64,000 bases of DNA from Acidimicrobiia bacterium (GTDB lineage: Bacteria; Actinomycetota; Acidimicrobiia; Spongiisociales; ZC4RG35). Numbering within the stretch: the stretch's first letter is position 1; every line of letters starts with the position of its first letter. The DNA lies in NCBI GenBank assembly GCA_965203555.1, contig CBDBCY010000002.1, positions 32,001 to 96,000 of the forward strand, written 5' to 3'. Below the pieces are notes generated by a model. It saw only the letters and a program-made list of their open reading frames with translations. It did not search any database and was not told the origin of the DNA. Below are positions 8,257 to 17,807 of the stretch, in pieces. A program made the translations under genes and the position numbers.

Positions 8257-9471
8257 ATGAAACAAGCAGTCAACAGCCAGCGGTCCGCCAACCTGGCCAA
8301 GTTGCTGGCGCCCACCATGCCGGTCGTGGAGGCGTCGGTTGAAGAACTGAAACAGCGTATACAGTCCACTATCTGTGTCCAGAACCAAGTGGCGGCGGTC
8401 CGCGCCCAAGCGGTGTCGGAGTTGCGCCGCCGGCAGGGGGCGGAGAAGGTGGAAACGATATTGCGGGAGGACGGTCTGTTGGGCCGTCGGAAGGCCCGGT
8501 CGGAGGTGGAGACCGCCAAAGAATTGGAGGAACTGCCCAAGACGCGGGAGGGTTTCCAAAAGGGAGAGATCTCTGCTGACAACGCGCGTATTTTGGCGGG
8601 CGCCAACCAGAGGGGAACCATTGTCGAGGACGAATTGTTGGACGGTGCCCGTTCCCAGTCTCCTGACAAGTTCGCCCGCATGGTCCGCAAACACGAACAG
8701 CAACGTTCAGAGGATGATGGTGTTTCGAAGTTGGAGCATCAGCGTTCCCGCCGGTTCGCGAAGATCACCACCGACCAAGACGACGGGATGACCGTCCTTT
8801 ATGGGAGGTTCGACCCCGTGACCGGTGCTCGGGTCGAGACCGCGGTGTCTCATATGATGAAACAACTATGGCACAAGGAAGATCCCAGCAATCGGGCTAC
8901 TGCGGGTCAGCGGATGGCCGACGCCATAGCCAAGCTCCTTACTCGGGAAGGAGAAGACGGTGGTTCCCAGGGCGTGCGATTGTTGGTGATCGCCGACTAC
9001 GACGCGGTCAGCCAACAGTTGGGCAACCCTCGCCTGGAGAACGGAACCCTCCTCCCCGCCAAGACGCTACGACAGTTGGCGTGCGACGCGCAGGTCCTCC
9101 CGGCGATCTTTTCGGGTTCGTCGGTGCCGTTGGATTTGGGACGGGCCCGGCGTACGGCGAGCGGTTCTCAACGGGCCGCGCTGGTCGCCCGCGACAAACA
9201 CTGCATCGGTTGCGGCGCCAAAGCTTCCTGGTGCCAGGCGCATCACATCGTCCACTGGGCCGATGAGGGTCCCACCAACCTGGACAACATGTGTCTTCTG
9301 TGCAGCAGATGCCACCACAAAGTCCACGACAATGACTGGCAGGTCGAACGCACTACAACCGGCGCCTACCGGCTCCGTCCACCACCCACCCAATGGGGAC
9401 GCCCACCCCGACCTAAGTACCGGAACCTCCGACGCCGCAAACGCCGACCCACCGTCAAGCAACGAAAATAA
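8257..9471 (+). CDS. DUF222 domain HNH endonuclease (13E12-repeat-like), copy 1
   Basis: QRMADA and LACDA...PLDLGRARR...QRAALVARDKHCIGCG...CQAHHIVHW...GPTNLDNMCLLCSRCHHKVH. Confidence 0.9.
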   Translation: MKQAVNSQRSANLAKLLAPTMPVVEASVEELKQRIQSTICVQNQVAAVRAQAVSELRRRQGAEKVETILREDGLLGRRKARSEVETAKELEELPKTREGFQKGEISADNARILAGANQRGTIVEDELLDGARSQSPDKFARMVRKHEQQRSEDDGVSKLEHQRSRRFAKITTDQDDGMTVLYGRFDPVTGARVETAVSHMMKQLWHKEDPSNRATAGQRMADAIAKLLTREGEDGGSQGVRLLVIADYDAVSQQLGNPRLENGTLLPAKTLRQLACDAQVLPAIFSGSSVPLDLGRARRTASGSQRAALVARDKHCIGCGAKASWCQAHHIVHWADEGPTNLDNMCLLCSRCHHKVHDNDWQVERTTTGAYRLRPPPTQWGRPPRPKYRNLRRRKRRPTVKQRK

Positions 9472-9552
9472 AACAGCCCACCACCCAAAGGGTCAACACC
9501 GCCTTGGACAGGTCACTCGCGAAAAGCCCGCATTGGCGTATCCTTTGCCACT

Positions 9553-10119
9553 ATGACGCAGCGCATGAGCCGTCGGCCCAGTGCCGGCCCCACTTTCGGG
9601 GAGATTCTGGAGAGTTTCAGGCGTCGGCGGGGATTCAAGAGAAGACAGATCGCCCGGCAGTTGGGAGTAACCCAGGGCCAGGTCAGAGATTGGGAACGGG
9701 GAACGGAGATCCCCATTCATCCGGGCCTGTTGCGATCTCTGGAGGCCATGCTGGATACACCGGAGGGGATTCTGGTGCGCGCCGCAGGGTTCTCGGCGCC
9801 GGTTCCGGAGGGGCCGAAGATGACTGTCCAGCAGTCGATGGCTACCCTGGCCCAGACCGAAGAGGATCCGCCGGTACATCCTCTCGATTTCCAACCGGAA
9901 ACCACTCCGTCGCTACAGCCTGTTCCATCCGAATCTGCGGAAGGGCCGTCAGGGTCCTTCTCCTACCGGTACAACCCTCCGGAGGAGCGCTGGGTGTACC
10001 GGATGCGCTTTTTGCTCACCGGCGCGGGGATGGCACTTCTGGGACTGTTGCTGATCTGGGCGATGGGGAGGGTGAGGGAGGAGTTGGGCAGTCTGTGGGA
10101 TGCTGTCTTCGGCCAGTGA
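9553..10119 (+). CDS. XRE-family HTH protein with C-terminal transmembrane helix
   Basis: FGEILESFRRRRG...IARQLGVTQGQVRDWERG, Pro-rich linker, hydrophobic FLLTGAGMALLGLLLIWAM. Confidence 0.7.
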   Translation: MTQRMSRRPSAGPTFGEILESFRRRRGFKRRQIARQLGVTQGQVRDWERGTEIPIHPGLLRSLEAMLDTPEGILVRAAGFSAPVPEGPKMTVQQSMATLAQTEEDPPVHPLDFQPETTPSLQPVPSESAEGPSGSFSYRYNPPEERWVYRMRFLLTGAGMALLGLLLIWAMGRVREELGSLWDAVFGQ

Positions 10120-10132
10120 TTCCCGCTCGGCC

Positions 10133-11065
10133 ATGAGCGAAAGCCACCGGGTGGTGGTGCATCCCTGTCACCCGAGGGGGGTCCCGCAGAGCCTGGCGAA
10201 AGTGCCGGGAGTGGAGGTGGTCTCACCTCCGGATCTGGCCGGCCTGTCGGAGTGTCTGGCCGATCCCCGGGCGGAGATCCTGGTGAGTTTCATCTGGACC
10301 GACGAGTGCCTTGCCCTGGGCCTGCGGTGGATACAGTCGATCTCTTCTGGTCTGGACCATTATCCGGTGCAGGAACTGGCCGCGGCGGGGATTCGTTTGA
10401 CATCGGGCCGGGGCGCCAACGCCCCGGCGGTGGCGGAGCACGCTTTTGCCTTGCTGCTGGCCGTCACCCGGCGGATCGGCAAATCGGTGAGATACTCGGA
10501 GCGAGCCCTGTGGCGGCAGGGGATGGGATTCGAACTGGTTGGCAAGACACTGGGAGTGTTGGGTCTGGGCAGCGTTGGCGAAGAGATCGCCTGGCGGGCC
10601 AAGGCGTGGGGGATGGAGGTGATCGGCACCAAGCGGAATCCCGACACATATCAGGGGTGCGCCGCCCGTGTCTACCCGCCCGGGGAGACCGTGGAAGTAT
10701 TCCGCCGGTCATATGCGGTGATAAGCGCCCTTCCCCACCGGAGGGGTGCGCCGCCGCAGGTGGGAGCCGCCGAACTGGCCGCGTTGAGGGACGGGTGGTT
10801 CGTGAATGTGGGCAGGGGTTCGGTAGTGGACACCGAGGCCTTGTTGGATGCTTTGGATTCGGGACAACTGCGGGGCGCCGGCTTGGATGTCACCTATCCC
10901 GAGCCCCCTGCGAAGGACTCCCCCCTGTGGCGTCACCCCAAAGTGGTGCTCACCCCCCACCTGGGAGGGTTCTCGCCGGAGTACGCCGATCGCCTGGCCG
11001 AGATTTTCGCCGCCAACCTGCAAGCCTTCCGCGGGGAGGGCGAGTGGGTTAATCTGGTGGTATGA
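10133..11065 (+). CDS. D-2-hydroxyacid dehydrogenase family protein
   Basis: AVAEHAFALLL, GVLGLGSVG, FVNVGRG, GAGLDV..PEP, LTPHLGG. Confidence 0.9.
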   Translation: MSESHRVVVHPCHPRGVPQSLAKVPGVEVVSPPDLAGLSECLADPRAEILVSFIWTDECLALGLRWIQSISSGLDHYPVQELAAAGIRLTSGRGANAPAVAEHAFALLLAVTRRIGKSVRYSERALWRQGMGFELVGKTLGVLGLGSVGEEIAWRAKAWGMEVIGTKRNPDTYQGCAARVYPPGETVEVFRRSYAVISALPHRRGAPPQVGAAELAALRDGWFVNVGRGSVVDTEALLDALDSGQLRGAGLDVTYPEPPAKDSPLWRHPKVVLTPHLGGFSPEYADRLAEIFAANLQAFRGEGEWVNLVV

Positions 11066-11123
11066 GTCCCCATCTCCCCGCGGTGGGGCGGACCGTTTCA
11101 TCTCTTAGAAAACCGTCTGTCAT

Positions 11124-11843
11124 ATGAGCAAGATCAGCCACCAGGAGGGGGTGGTGCTTCGCAGCTACCCGTTCGGCGAGGCGGACCGGGTCGTGGTGCT
11201 GCTGAGTCCCGGACGGGGGAAGCTGCGGACCGTGGCGCGTGGGGTTCGGCGGGTAAAGAGCCGGTTGAGGGGACGGCTGGAACCTTTCTGCCGGGTGGAA
11301 TTGGTGCTGTACCGAGGTCGGGAACTCGATTTGATCACCTCGGTGACCGTGGTTGCCGCCCATCCCGCCCTCCGGTCCGATCTGGATCGTCTCCTCTCCG
11401 CCTCCATGATGGTGAACGGGGTGGATGCGGTGGCCCAGCCCGAACAGCGTTCAGGCTCGCTGTACCGGTTGTTGACCGAAGGCCTGGAGGTTCTCACCGA
11501 CGCCGAGGACGTGGCAGGTCTGACCACCGCTTTTTTGCTCCGGTTGGCCGAGGTGGTGGGAGTGGCGCCGGCGCTGGAGTGGTGCGCCACCTGCGGCGGA
11601 GAGCAGACCCTGACCAGGTTCCATTTCGAGGGAGGGGGGGTAGTATGCGGGCGATGCCGTACGCAAGGCTCGGTCCGGCTGGTGGGGGGAGTAACCGAGC
11701 ACCTGCGGGATCTGGCGCGGGCCGAGTTGAATGATCTGCCTCCCACCACCGCCGATATATCCCGACAGGCCATGAGCGTGGTCTGCCGGTTTCTGGAATT
11801 CCACCTGGACCACAGCTTTCGCTCGGTGGCGGCGCTGTCATGA
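11124..11843 (+). CDS. recO: DNA repair protein RecO
   Basis: EGVVLRSYPFGEADRVVVLLS...GKLRTVARGVRRVKSR and a CxxC..CxxC zinc motif. Confidence 0.93.
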   Translation: MSKISHQEGVVLRSYPFGEADRVVVLLSPGRGKLRTVARGVRRVKSRLRGRLEPFCRVELVLYRGRELDLITSVTVVAAHPALRSDLDRLLSASMMVNGVDAVAQPEQRSGSLYRLLTEGLEVLTDAEDVAGLTTAFLLRLAEVVGVAPALEWCATCGGEQTLTRFHFEGGGVVCGRCRTQGSVRLVGGVTEHLRDLARAELNDLPPTTADISRQAMSVVCRFLEFHLDHSFRSVAALS

Positions 11844-12562
11844 CCGGCGGCGTTCCCCGCCATGTGGGGGTGATACTGGACGGCAACGGCCGGTGGGCCC
11901 AGAGCCGCGGGTTACCCCGGGTGGCCGGGCACGTGGCCGGCGAGGACGCCCTTTTGGATGTGCTGGAAGGGGCACTGGAGGTGGGAATCGAGTGGTTCAC
12001 CATCTTCGTCTTTTCCACCGAGAACTGGCGCCGCTCCGCTTCGGAAGTGAAGTTTCTGATGGAGTTCTGCGACGAAATGCTGCTACGGAGGGGCCGGGAA
12101 CTGGCCGAGCGCGGCGCCCGTCTCCACTTTGCGGGCAACATCTGCGATCCCCGGATACCGGAGGCGGTCCGCCGGCACATCCGGGAGACCTTGGATCTGA
12201 CCGCGGCAAACACCGGGTTGAATCTGGTTGTGGCCTTCAACTACGGGGGCCGGCGGGAGATCGTGGAGGCCGCCCGGGCACTGGCGGCGGAGGCGGCGTC
12301 GGGAAGCATTCGACCCGAGGATGTGAACGAAGAGGCCTTGGCGGCGCGGCTGCACGTTCCCCAGATGCCCGATGCCGACCTGATAATCCGCACCTCCGGC
12401 GAAAACCGCCTGTCCAACTTCCTGTTGTGGCAGGGCGCCTATGCCGAACTCTACTTCACCGAGGTGCTGTGGCCCGACTTCAACCGCCGCCAATTCGAGA
12501 AAGCGCTGGAGGAGTACCGGCGCAGGGAGCGGCGATTCGGCCGAATACAGGACCCGTCCTAG
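11840..12562 (+). CDS. uppS: Polyprenyl diphosphate synthase (isoprenyl transferase)
   Basis: HVGVILDGNGRWA, FSTENWRR, NYGGRREI, IRTSGENRLSNFLLWQ. Confidence 0.95.
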   Translation: MTGGVPRHVGVILDGNGRWAQSRGLPRVAGHVAGEDALLDVLEGALEVGIEWFTIFVFSTENWRRSASEVKFLMEFCDEMLLRRGRELAERGARLHFAGNICDPRIPEAVRRHIRETLDLTAANTGLNLVVAFNYGGRREIVEAARALAAEAASGSIRPEDVNEEALAARLHVPQMPDADLIIRTSGENRLSNFLLWQGAYAELYFTEVLWPDFNRRQFEKALEEYRRRERRFGRIQDPS

Positions 12563-12596
12563 AGCCGGGGTTCGGTTAGCCTTCCCTTTGTCCCAC

Positions 12597-13901
12597 ATGA
12601 CCAGCCTGGAAACCATCGTCAATCTTTCCCGCCGCCGGGGGTTTGCCTTCCCCTCCTCGGAGATCTACGGCGGGCTCCGCTCGGCCTACGACTACGGGCC
12701 GCTGGGGGTGGAACTGCTCCGCAACGTGAAGAACGAATGGTGGCGTTCGATGGTGAACACTCGGCGGGACGTGGTGGGCATCGACTCGGCGGTGATCCAG
12801 TCACGGCGGGTGTGGCAGGCGTCCGGCCACGAGTCGGTGTTCACCGATCCGCTGGTGGAGTGTCGCGACTGTCATCAGCGATTCCGCCAGGACAAGCTGG
12901 CCCGCCCCGACCAATGCCCGGCATGCGGCAGGCGGGATACCTTCACCGATCCCCGGCACTTCAACCTGATGCTTCGCACCCACATGGGACCGGTGGAGAC
13001 CGATGAGAATCTGGTGTATCTGCGCCCCGAGACCGCCCAGGGAATTTTCATCAACTTCGCCAATGTGCTGCGGGTCTCCCGTCGCAAGCTCCCGTTCGGG
13101 GTGGCGCAGATCGGCAAGTCGTTTCGCAACGAGATAACCCCCGGCCAGTTCGTCTTTCGCACCCGGGAATTCGAGCAGATGGAGATGGAGTGGTTCTGCC
13201 TGCCCGCCGAGGCTTCGCAATGGTTCGAGTACTGGGTGGACGCCCGGCGTCGCTGGTACCTGGATCTGGGCATGGACCCGCAGAACCTGCGGATCCGGCC
13301 CCACGGCGCCGACGAACTGTCCCACTATTCAAAGGAGACCGTGGACGTGGAGTACCGGTTCTCCTGGGGATGGGACGAGTTGGAGGGGATCGCCAACCGC
13401 ACCAACTTCGATCTGAGACAACACTCGGAGCACTCCGGGCAGGACTTGAGCTACTTCGACCAGGCGACCGGCGTCCGGGTGATTCCCTACGTCATCGAAC
13501 CGGCGGCGGGCGCCACTCGCACCACTTTCGCCTTTTTGATCGACTCCTACCGGACCGAGGAGGTCCGGGGCGCCGAGCGGGTGGTGCTGGGGCTGCATCC
13601 TCGTCTGGCGCCTTACAAGGTGGCGGTGTTGCCCCTTTCCCGAAAGCCGGCGTTGGTGGAAGCTTCGGCGGCGATCGCGGACGATTTGGGGGAACGGTTC
13701 TCGGTTGAGTTCGACATCACCCAGTCGATCGGAAAGCGTTACCGTCGCCAGGACGAGATCGGCACGCCCCTGTGCGTCACCTTCGATTTCGCTTCGTTGG
13801 AAGACCAGGCGGTTACCGTCCGGGACCGCGACACCATGCAGCAGGATCGGGTGGGAGTCGACCGGCTGCGGGCTTACCTGGATGAACGGTTGGGAATGTG
13901 A
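12597..13901 (+). CDS. glyQS: Glycine--tRNA ligase (single-subunit type)
   Basis: SEIYGG...YDYGPLG, YLRPETAQGIF, GKSFRNEITPG...FRTREFEQME, IGKRYRRQDEIGTP. Confidence 0.95.
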   Translation: MTSLETIVNLSRRRGFAFPSSEIYGGLRSAYDYGPLGVELLRNVKNEWWRSMVNTRRDVVGIDSAVIQSRRVWQASGHESVFTDPLVECRDCHQRFRQDKLARPDQCPACGRRDTFTDPRHFNLMLRTHMGPVETDENLVYLRPETAQGIFINFANVLRVSRRKLPFGVAQIGKSFRNEITPGQFVFRTREFEQMEMEWFCLPAEASQWFEYWVDARRRWYLDLGMDPQNLRIRPHGADELSHYSKETVDVEYRFSWGWDELEGIANRTNFDLRQHSEHSGQDLSYFDQATGVRVIPYVIEPAAGATRTTFAFLIDSYRTEEVRGAERVVLGLHPRLAPYKVAVLPLSRKPALVEASAAIADDLGERFSVEFDITQSIGKRYRRQDEIGTPLCVTFDFASLEDQAVTVRDRDTMQQDRVGVDRLRAYLDERLGM

Positions 13902-14773
13902 CCCGCAGAATCCTGATCGCGATATGGGCGGTGCTGGCGCTGGCGGCCGCCACCGGGGTGATCTGGTTCTATGTGGCCGGGAACGTGGGCGATCCCACCG
14001 AAGTGACCGCTCCGCCCATCACCGCCGAATCGGTGACCGCAACGGAGGCGGCAGCGGTTTCGCCGACTACTTCGGATGGCGAGGCGGCGTCGGTGACCAC
14101 CGCCGGGAGTTCGGCGGAGCCAACCACTTCCACCTCTTCGGCGGCAGGGGAAGCGCCCGCCGAGACCACTGCCCCCGAGAGTCCCCGGGCCGAGCCGGAG
14201 GACTCTGCCGCGACGGGGGAGGAGTCCCCGCTGACATTGGAATTGCAACTCGTCGAAGGCACGCAGGCGCGGTTCCTCATATACGAGGATCTTCGAGGGG
14301 AACCGTTCACAGTGCTGGGTATGACAGCCGAAGTGGTGGGACGGATAAACGTGAACCGCGCCGACCTGGCCTCCTCGCAGATGGGAGACATCCTCATCAA
14401 CGCTCGGACTTTCGCCACCGATTCCGGGAACCGGGATCGGGCCATCCGGGGTCCGATCCTCAACGCCGAGCAGTTCGAGTTCATTACTTTCCGTCCACTT
14501 GTGCTCAGCGGCCTGTCGGGCGCCGCCGAACCGGGGGGTGAGTGGAGCTTTGTCGTGGAAGGGGAACTCACGGTGCGGGACGTCACTCGGCCTGTGACAT
14601 TTGAGGTGACCGCCCGCCTGGGCGACGGTGACGTGCTGGAGGGAGAGGCGTCGGCCACCGTGTTACGGTCCGATTTCAACCTCTCCGTTCCTTCGGTGCC
14701 CTTCGTGGCCAACGTCGCCGATGAGATTGGCCTGGAATTGGACTTCATTGCCGCACCGGCCGGGCTAGGATGA
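13898..14773 (+). CDS. YceI-family protein with N-terminal membrane anchor
   Basis: N-terminal TM, Ala/Thr/Ser/Glu-rich linker, TDSGNRDRAIR...GELTVRDVTRPVTF...RSDFNL. Confidence 0.85.
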   Translation: MTRRILIAIWAVLALAAATGVIWFYVAGNVGDPTEVTAPPITAESVTATEAAAVSPTTSDGEAASVTTAGSSAEPTTSTSSAAGEAPAETTAPESPRAEPEDSAATGEESPLTLELQLVEGTQARFLIYEDLRGEPFTVLGMTAEVVGRINVNRADLASSQMGDILINARTFATDSGNRDRAIRGPILNAEQFEFITFRPLVLSGLSGAAEPGGEWSFVVEGELTVRDVTRPVTFEVTARLGDGDVLEGEASATVLRSDFNLSVPSVPFVANVADEIGLELDFIAAPAGLG

Positions 14774-14841
14774 CGGTCACCTGAATGTATTGCTCAAGAC
14801 GGTCATGGGATTAGAGACGGTCTGTAATCGGGGGTGGTGAA

Positions 14842-16647
14842 ATGATCAGGGGGGATGAAGACCGAGAGCGGGTTCGTGCCGCGGTCAACCTGGTGGAACA
14901 GTTCGCAACTGTCACCAAGGTGAAGAAATCGGGACGCAGTCACATGGCCCTGTGCCCCTTTCACCAGGAGAAGACCCCGTCGCTCTCCATCGACGCCGCC
15001 AGAGGGTTGTTCTACTGTCACGGGTGTCACAAGGGAGGGGATGTATTCACCTTGGTCCAGGAGACCCAAGGAATGTCTTTCCCCGAAGCGTTGGAGACCC
15101 TGGCCAGACAGACCGGGATTGCCCTTACCCGCAGGCGGGGCGACGGCCGGAAAGCGGCGGAGCGGGCCCGGCTGGTGGCGGCGATGCGCCGGGCGGTGGA
15201 TTTCTACACCCGGAGGCTGCTGTCGGGGCCGGACGCCGGGCCAGCCCGGGCCTATCTTCGGTCCCGGGGTTACGATCGCCCGCTGATCGAGAAATTCGGT
15301 CTGGGTTTCTCGCCTTCCGGTGAGCCGTCGCTGAGCGCCGAATTGCGGTCGGCGGGGTTTTCGGATGCGGAGATGGAACGGGCCGGCCTGGCCATCAACC
15401 GCGGACGGGACAGGTCTCGCGATCGCTTTTGGGGTCGCATCATGTTTCCCATTCATGACCTGAAGGGTGATCCGGTGGGATTCGGAGCGCGCCTTCTGAG
15501 CGGAGCGGGCCCCAAATACCTCAACTCACCGGAGACCGCGCTCTATCGCAAGTCCCGTTTGTTGTACGGGCTGCACATGGCGCGCCGGGAAATCAGCCGG
15601 GACGACCGGGCAGTGGTGGTGGAGGGATACACCGATGTCATCGCCCTTCACCGGGCAGGGATGGAATCGGCGGTCGCCACATGCGGCACCGCCCTGGGAG
15701 AGGAGCATCTGGAAGTGCTGGGAAGACTGGGAGAGCGGATCGTGCTTGCCTTCGACGCCGACCGGGCCGGCGCCGATGCGGTGTTGCGCGGGGAGCGAGT
15801 CAGCCGCCGAAGCGGGCGCCGATTGGATCTGCGGGTGGCCGAATTGCCCGATGGGAAGGATCCGGCCGATCTATTGCAGGACGGCCGCTTGGAGGAGCTT
15901 CGTCAGGCGGTGGAGGAATCCCGGTCGGCGCTTGCATTCCGGATAGAGCGTCGCCTGCAGGGAGTGGATCTCACCGATCCCGAGTCCCGGGCGCGGGCGG
16001 TGAACGAGTTGGGCGCCCTGGTGGGGGCGGTCAGCGATCAGACCACCCGGGCCGATTACGAGCAGGCTCTGTCGCGGAGAACGGGAGTTGGCATGGCAGA
16101 GATACGGGCGGCGGTTTCCAGGGGGAAGGGGCGGCCGCCGCCGGCTCGCTCCGAGAAACGGGAGAGGCCGACCCGACGAGTCCGGCGGCCTGTCCATCGA
16201 GGATCGCCGGTGGAACGGGAACTGTTGCGGGCCGTACTGTTCAATCATCCGGCGTTGCGGGAACTGGAGGTGGACCGGACCTTGTTCTCGGAGGGCCTCT
16301 ATCGCCGGGCTTTCGAAACCATCGAAGCCGACTGGAGAGGCACTCCCCCGGGCCGGCCCACTCCCATCGCGTTGGGGAAGAAAGGGAACGAAGAGTATCC
16401 GGGCCGGTCTTCCCCGTCTGACGAGGTAACCATGGCCTTGCTGGAGATCTCCGCCGATACGTCCGAGCCGGGCGATCCCCGGCCCGTGGTCATCAGATGC
16501 CGCCGGGAGGCGCTCGGCCGGGAGCGAAGCGTGATCGACGCCCGGATGAGAGCGCTGGCTGCCGACGATCCCGATCGACCGCAGCTTCTGAAGCAGATCG
16601 TCCAGTTGGACCGCCGTCGCCAGGAACTGGCCGGAGACTTGCCATGA
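14842..16647 (+). CDS. dnaG: DNA primase
   Basis: CPFHQEKTPS..CHGC zinc finger, RIMFPI, PKYLNSPET, VVEGYTDV, AFDADRAG, DGKDPAD. Confidence 0.95.
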   Translation: MIRGDEDRERVRAAVNLVEQFATVTKVKKSGRSHMALCPFHQEKTPSLSIDAARGLFYCHGCHKGGDVFTLVQETQGMSFPEALETLARQTGIALTRRRGDGRKAAERARLVAAMRRAVDFYTRRLLSGPDAGPARAYLRSRGYDRPLIEKFGLGFSPSGEPSLSAELRSAGFSDAEMERAGLAINRGRDRSRDRFWGRIMFPIHDLKGDPVGFGARLLSGAGPKYLNSPETALYRKSRLLYGLHMARREISRDDRAVVVEGYTDVIALHRAGMESAVATCGTALGEEHLEVLGRLGERIVLAFDADRAGADAVLRGERVSRRSGRRLDLRVAELPDGKDPADLLQDGRLEELRQAVEESRSALAFRIERRLQGVDLTDPESRARAVNELGALVGAVSDQTTRADYEQALSRRTGVGMAEIRAAVSRGKGRPPPARSEKRERPTRRVRRPVHRGSPVERELLRAVLFNHPALRELEVDRTLFSEGLYRRAFETIEADWRGTPPGRPTPIALGKKGNEEYPGRSSPSDEVTMALLEISADTSEPGDPRPVVIRCRREALGRERSVIDARMRALAADDPDRPQLLKQIVQLDRRRQELAGDLP

Positions 16648-17807
16648 CCGGCGGAGGAGGGGGTTTCGACCAGCGGGTGGGGATGATCCTGCGCCGAGGC
16701 CGCCAGCGAGGATTCGTCACCTCGTCGGAGATTATGGCGGATCTGGACGGTCTGGAGGACTCCCAGGCCGAAGCAGAGAAGAGATGGGACGAGCTGATGA
16801 GTCGGCTGGCCGAGGAGGGAATAGCGGTGATCGAGGAAGTGGAGGAGGTGGAGGAGAGAATCGGTCGTTCAGCTTCAGGGAGATCCTCGCCGGTGTCCGA
16901 TCCGGTCAGCCTCTATCTGAAGGAGATCGGACGCTATCCGTTGCTGAAGCCCGAGCAGGAGGTGGAGTTGGCGGTGCAGATTGAAAGCGGTGTCCTGGCC
17001 CGGGAGGGTCTGCGGGCAGAAGGGCTGTCACGGGCGGAACGAAGGAAACTGGCCGGCCGGGTGGCGCAGGGCGAAAAGGCCTACAACACGCTGGTCGAGT
17101 CGAATCTGCGATTGGTGGTGTCCATTGCCCGTAAGACCTTCGGATCGCTGAACGGGGCGACTCTGCTGGACCTGGTCCAAGAGGGCAACATGGGCCTGAT
17201 GAAGGCTGCGGAGCGTTTCGATCACCGCAGAGGTTTTCGTTTCTCGACCTATGCGGTGTGGTGGATCCGCCAGCCCATGATCAAGATGTTCGCCGAGCAG
17301 TCCCGGGCTATCCGGCTACCGGCCCACCTGGCCGCTCTGATCCCGGTCCTCAACGAGACTAAGAGAGAACTCACCCAGCAACAGGGACGGCCACCCACCA
17401 ATGCCGAGTTGGCCGCCCGGCTGGAACTCGATCCCACCCAGGTGGAGCGGATGGTGAGGATCACCCAGCGTCCGGTCTCTCTGCAGGCGCCGGTGGGATC
17501 CGAGGAGGAGGGGACCACGGTGGGGGACCTGGTGCAGGACCGGACCGCCCAGGACCCGTTCGATGCGGCCACCCTGGCTTTCCTGCAGACGCACCTGGCT
17601 CATGTCCTGAAGAATCTGCGCGGCCGGGAGCAGGAGATCCTGCGTCTGCGATTCGGATTGGAGGACGGTCGGGTTTGGACTCTCAGAGAACTGTCCCGCA
17701 GGTTCAGGGTGACCAAGGAGAGGATACGGCAGATGGAGCGCAAGGCCCTCTCCAAGATACGCCACCAGCGCTTCACCAGCGGCCTGCTGGAGTTCCTGGA
17801 GGACTAG
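16644..17807 (+). CDS. Group 1/2 sigma-70 factor (RpoD-like, divergent)
   Basis: DPVSLYLKEIG, NLRLVVSIA, LDLVQEGNMGLMKAAERFDHRRGFRFSTYAVWWIRQ, region-4 HTH. Translationally coupled to dnaG. Confidence 0.9.
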   Translation: MTGGGGGFDQRVGMILRRGRQRGFVTSSEIMADLDGLEDSQAEAEKRWDELMSRLAEEGIAVIEEVEEVEERIGRSASGRSSPVSDPVSLYLKEIGRYPLLKPEQEVELAVQIESGVLAREGLRAEGLSRAERRKLAGRVAQGEKAYNTLVESNLRLVVSIARKTFGSLNGATLLDLVQEGNMGLMKAAERFDHRRGFRFSTYAVWWIRQPMIKMFAEQSRAIRLPAHLAALIPVLNETKRELTQQQGRPPTNAELAARLELDPTQVERMVRITQRPVSLQAPVGSEEEGTTVGDLVQDRTAQDPFDAATLAFLQTHLAHVLKNLRGREQEILRLRFGLEDGRVWTLRELSRRFRVTKERIRQMERKALSKIRHQRFTSGLLEFLED

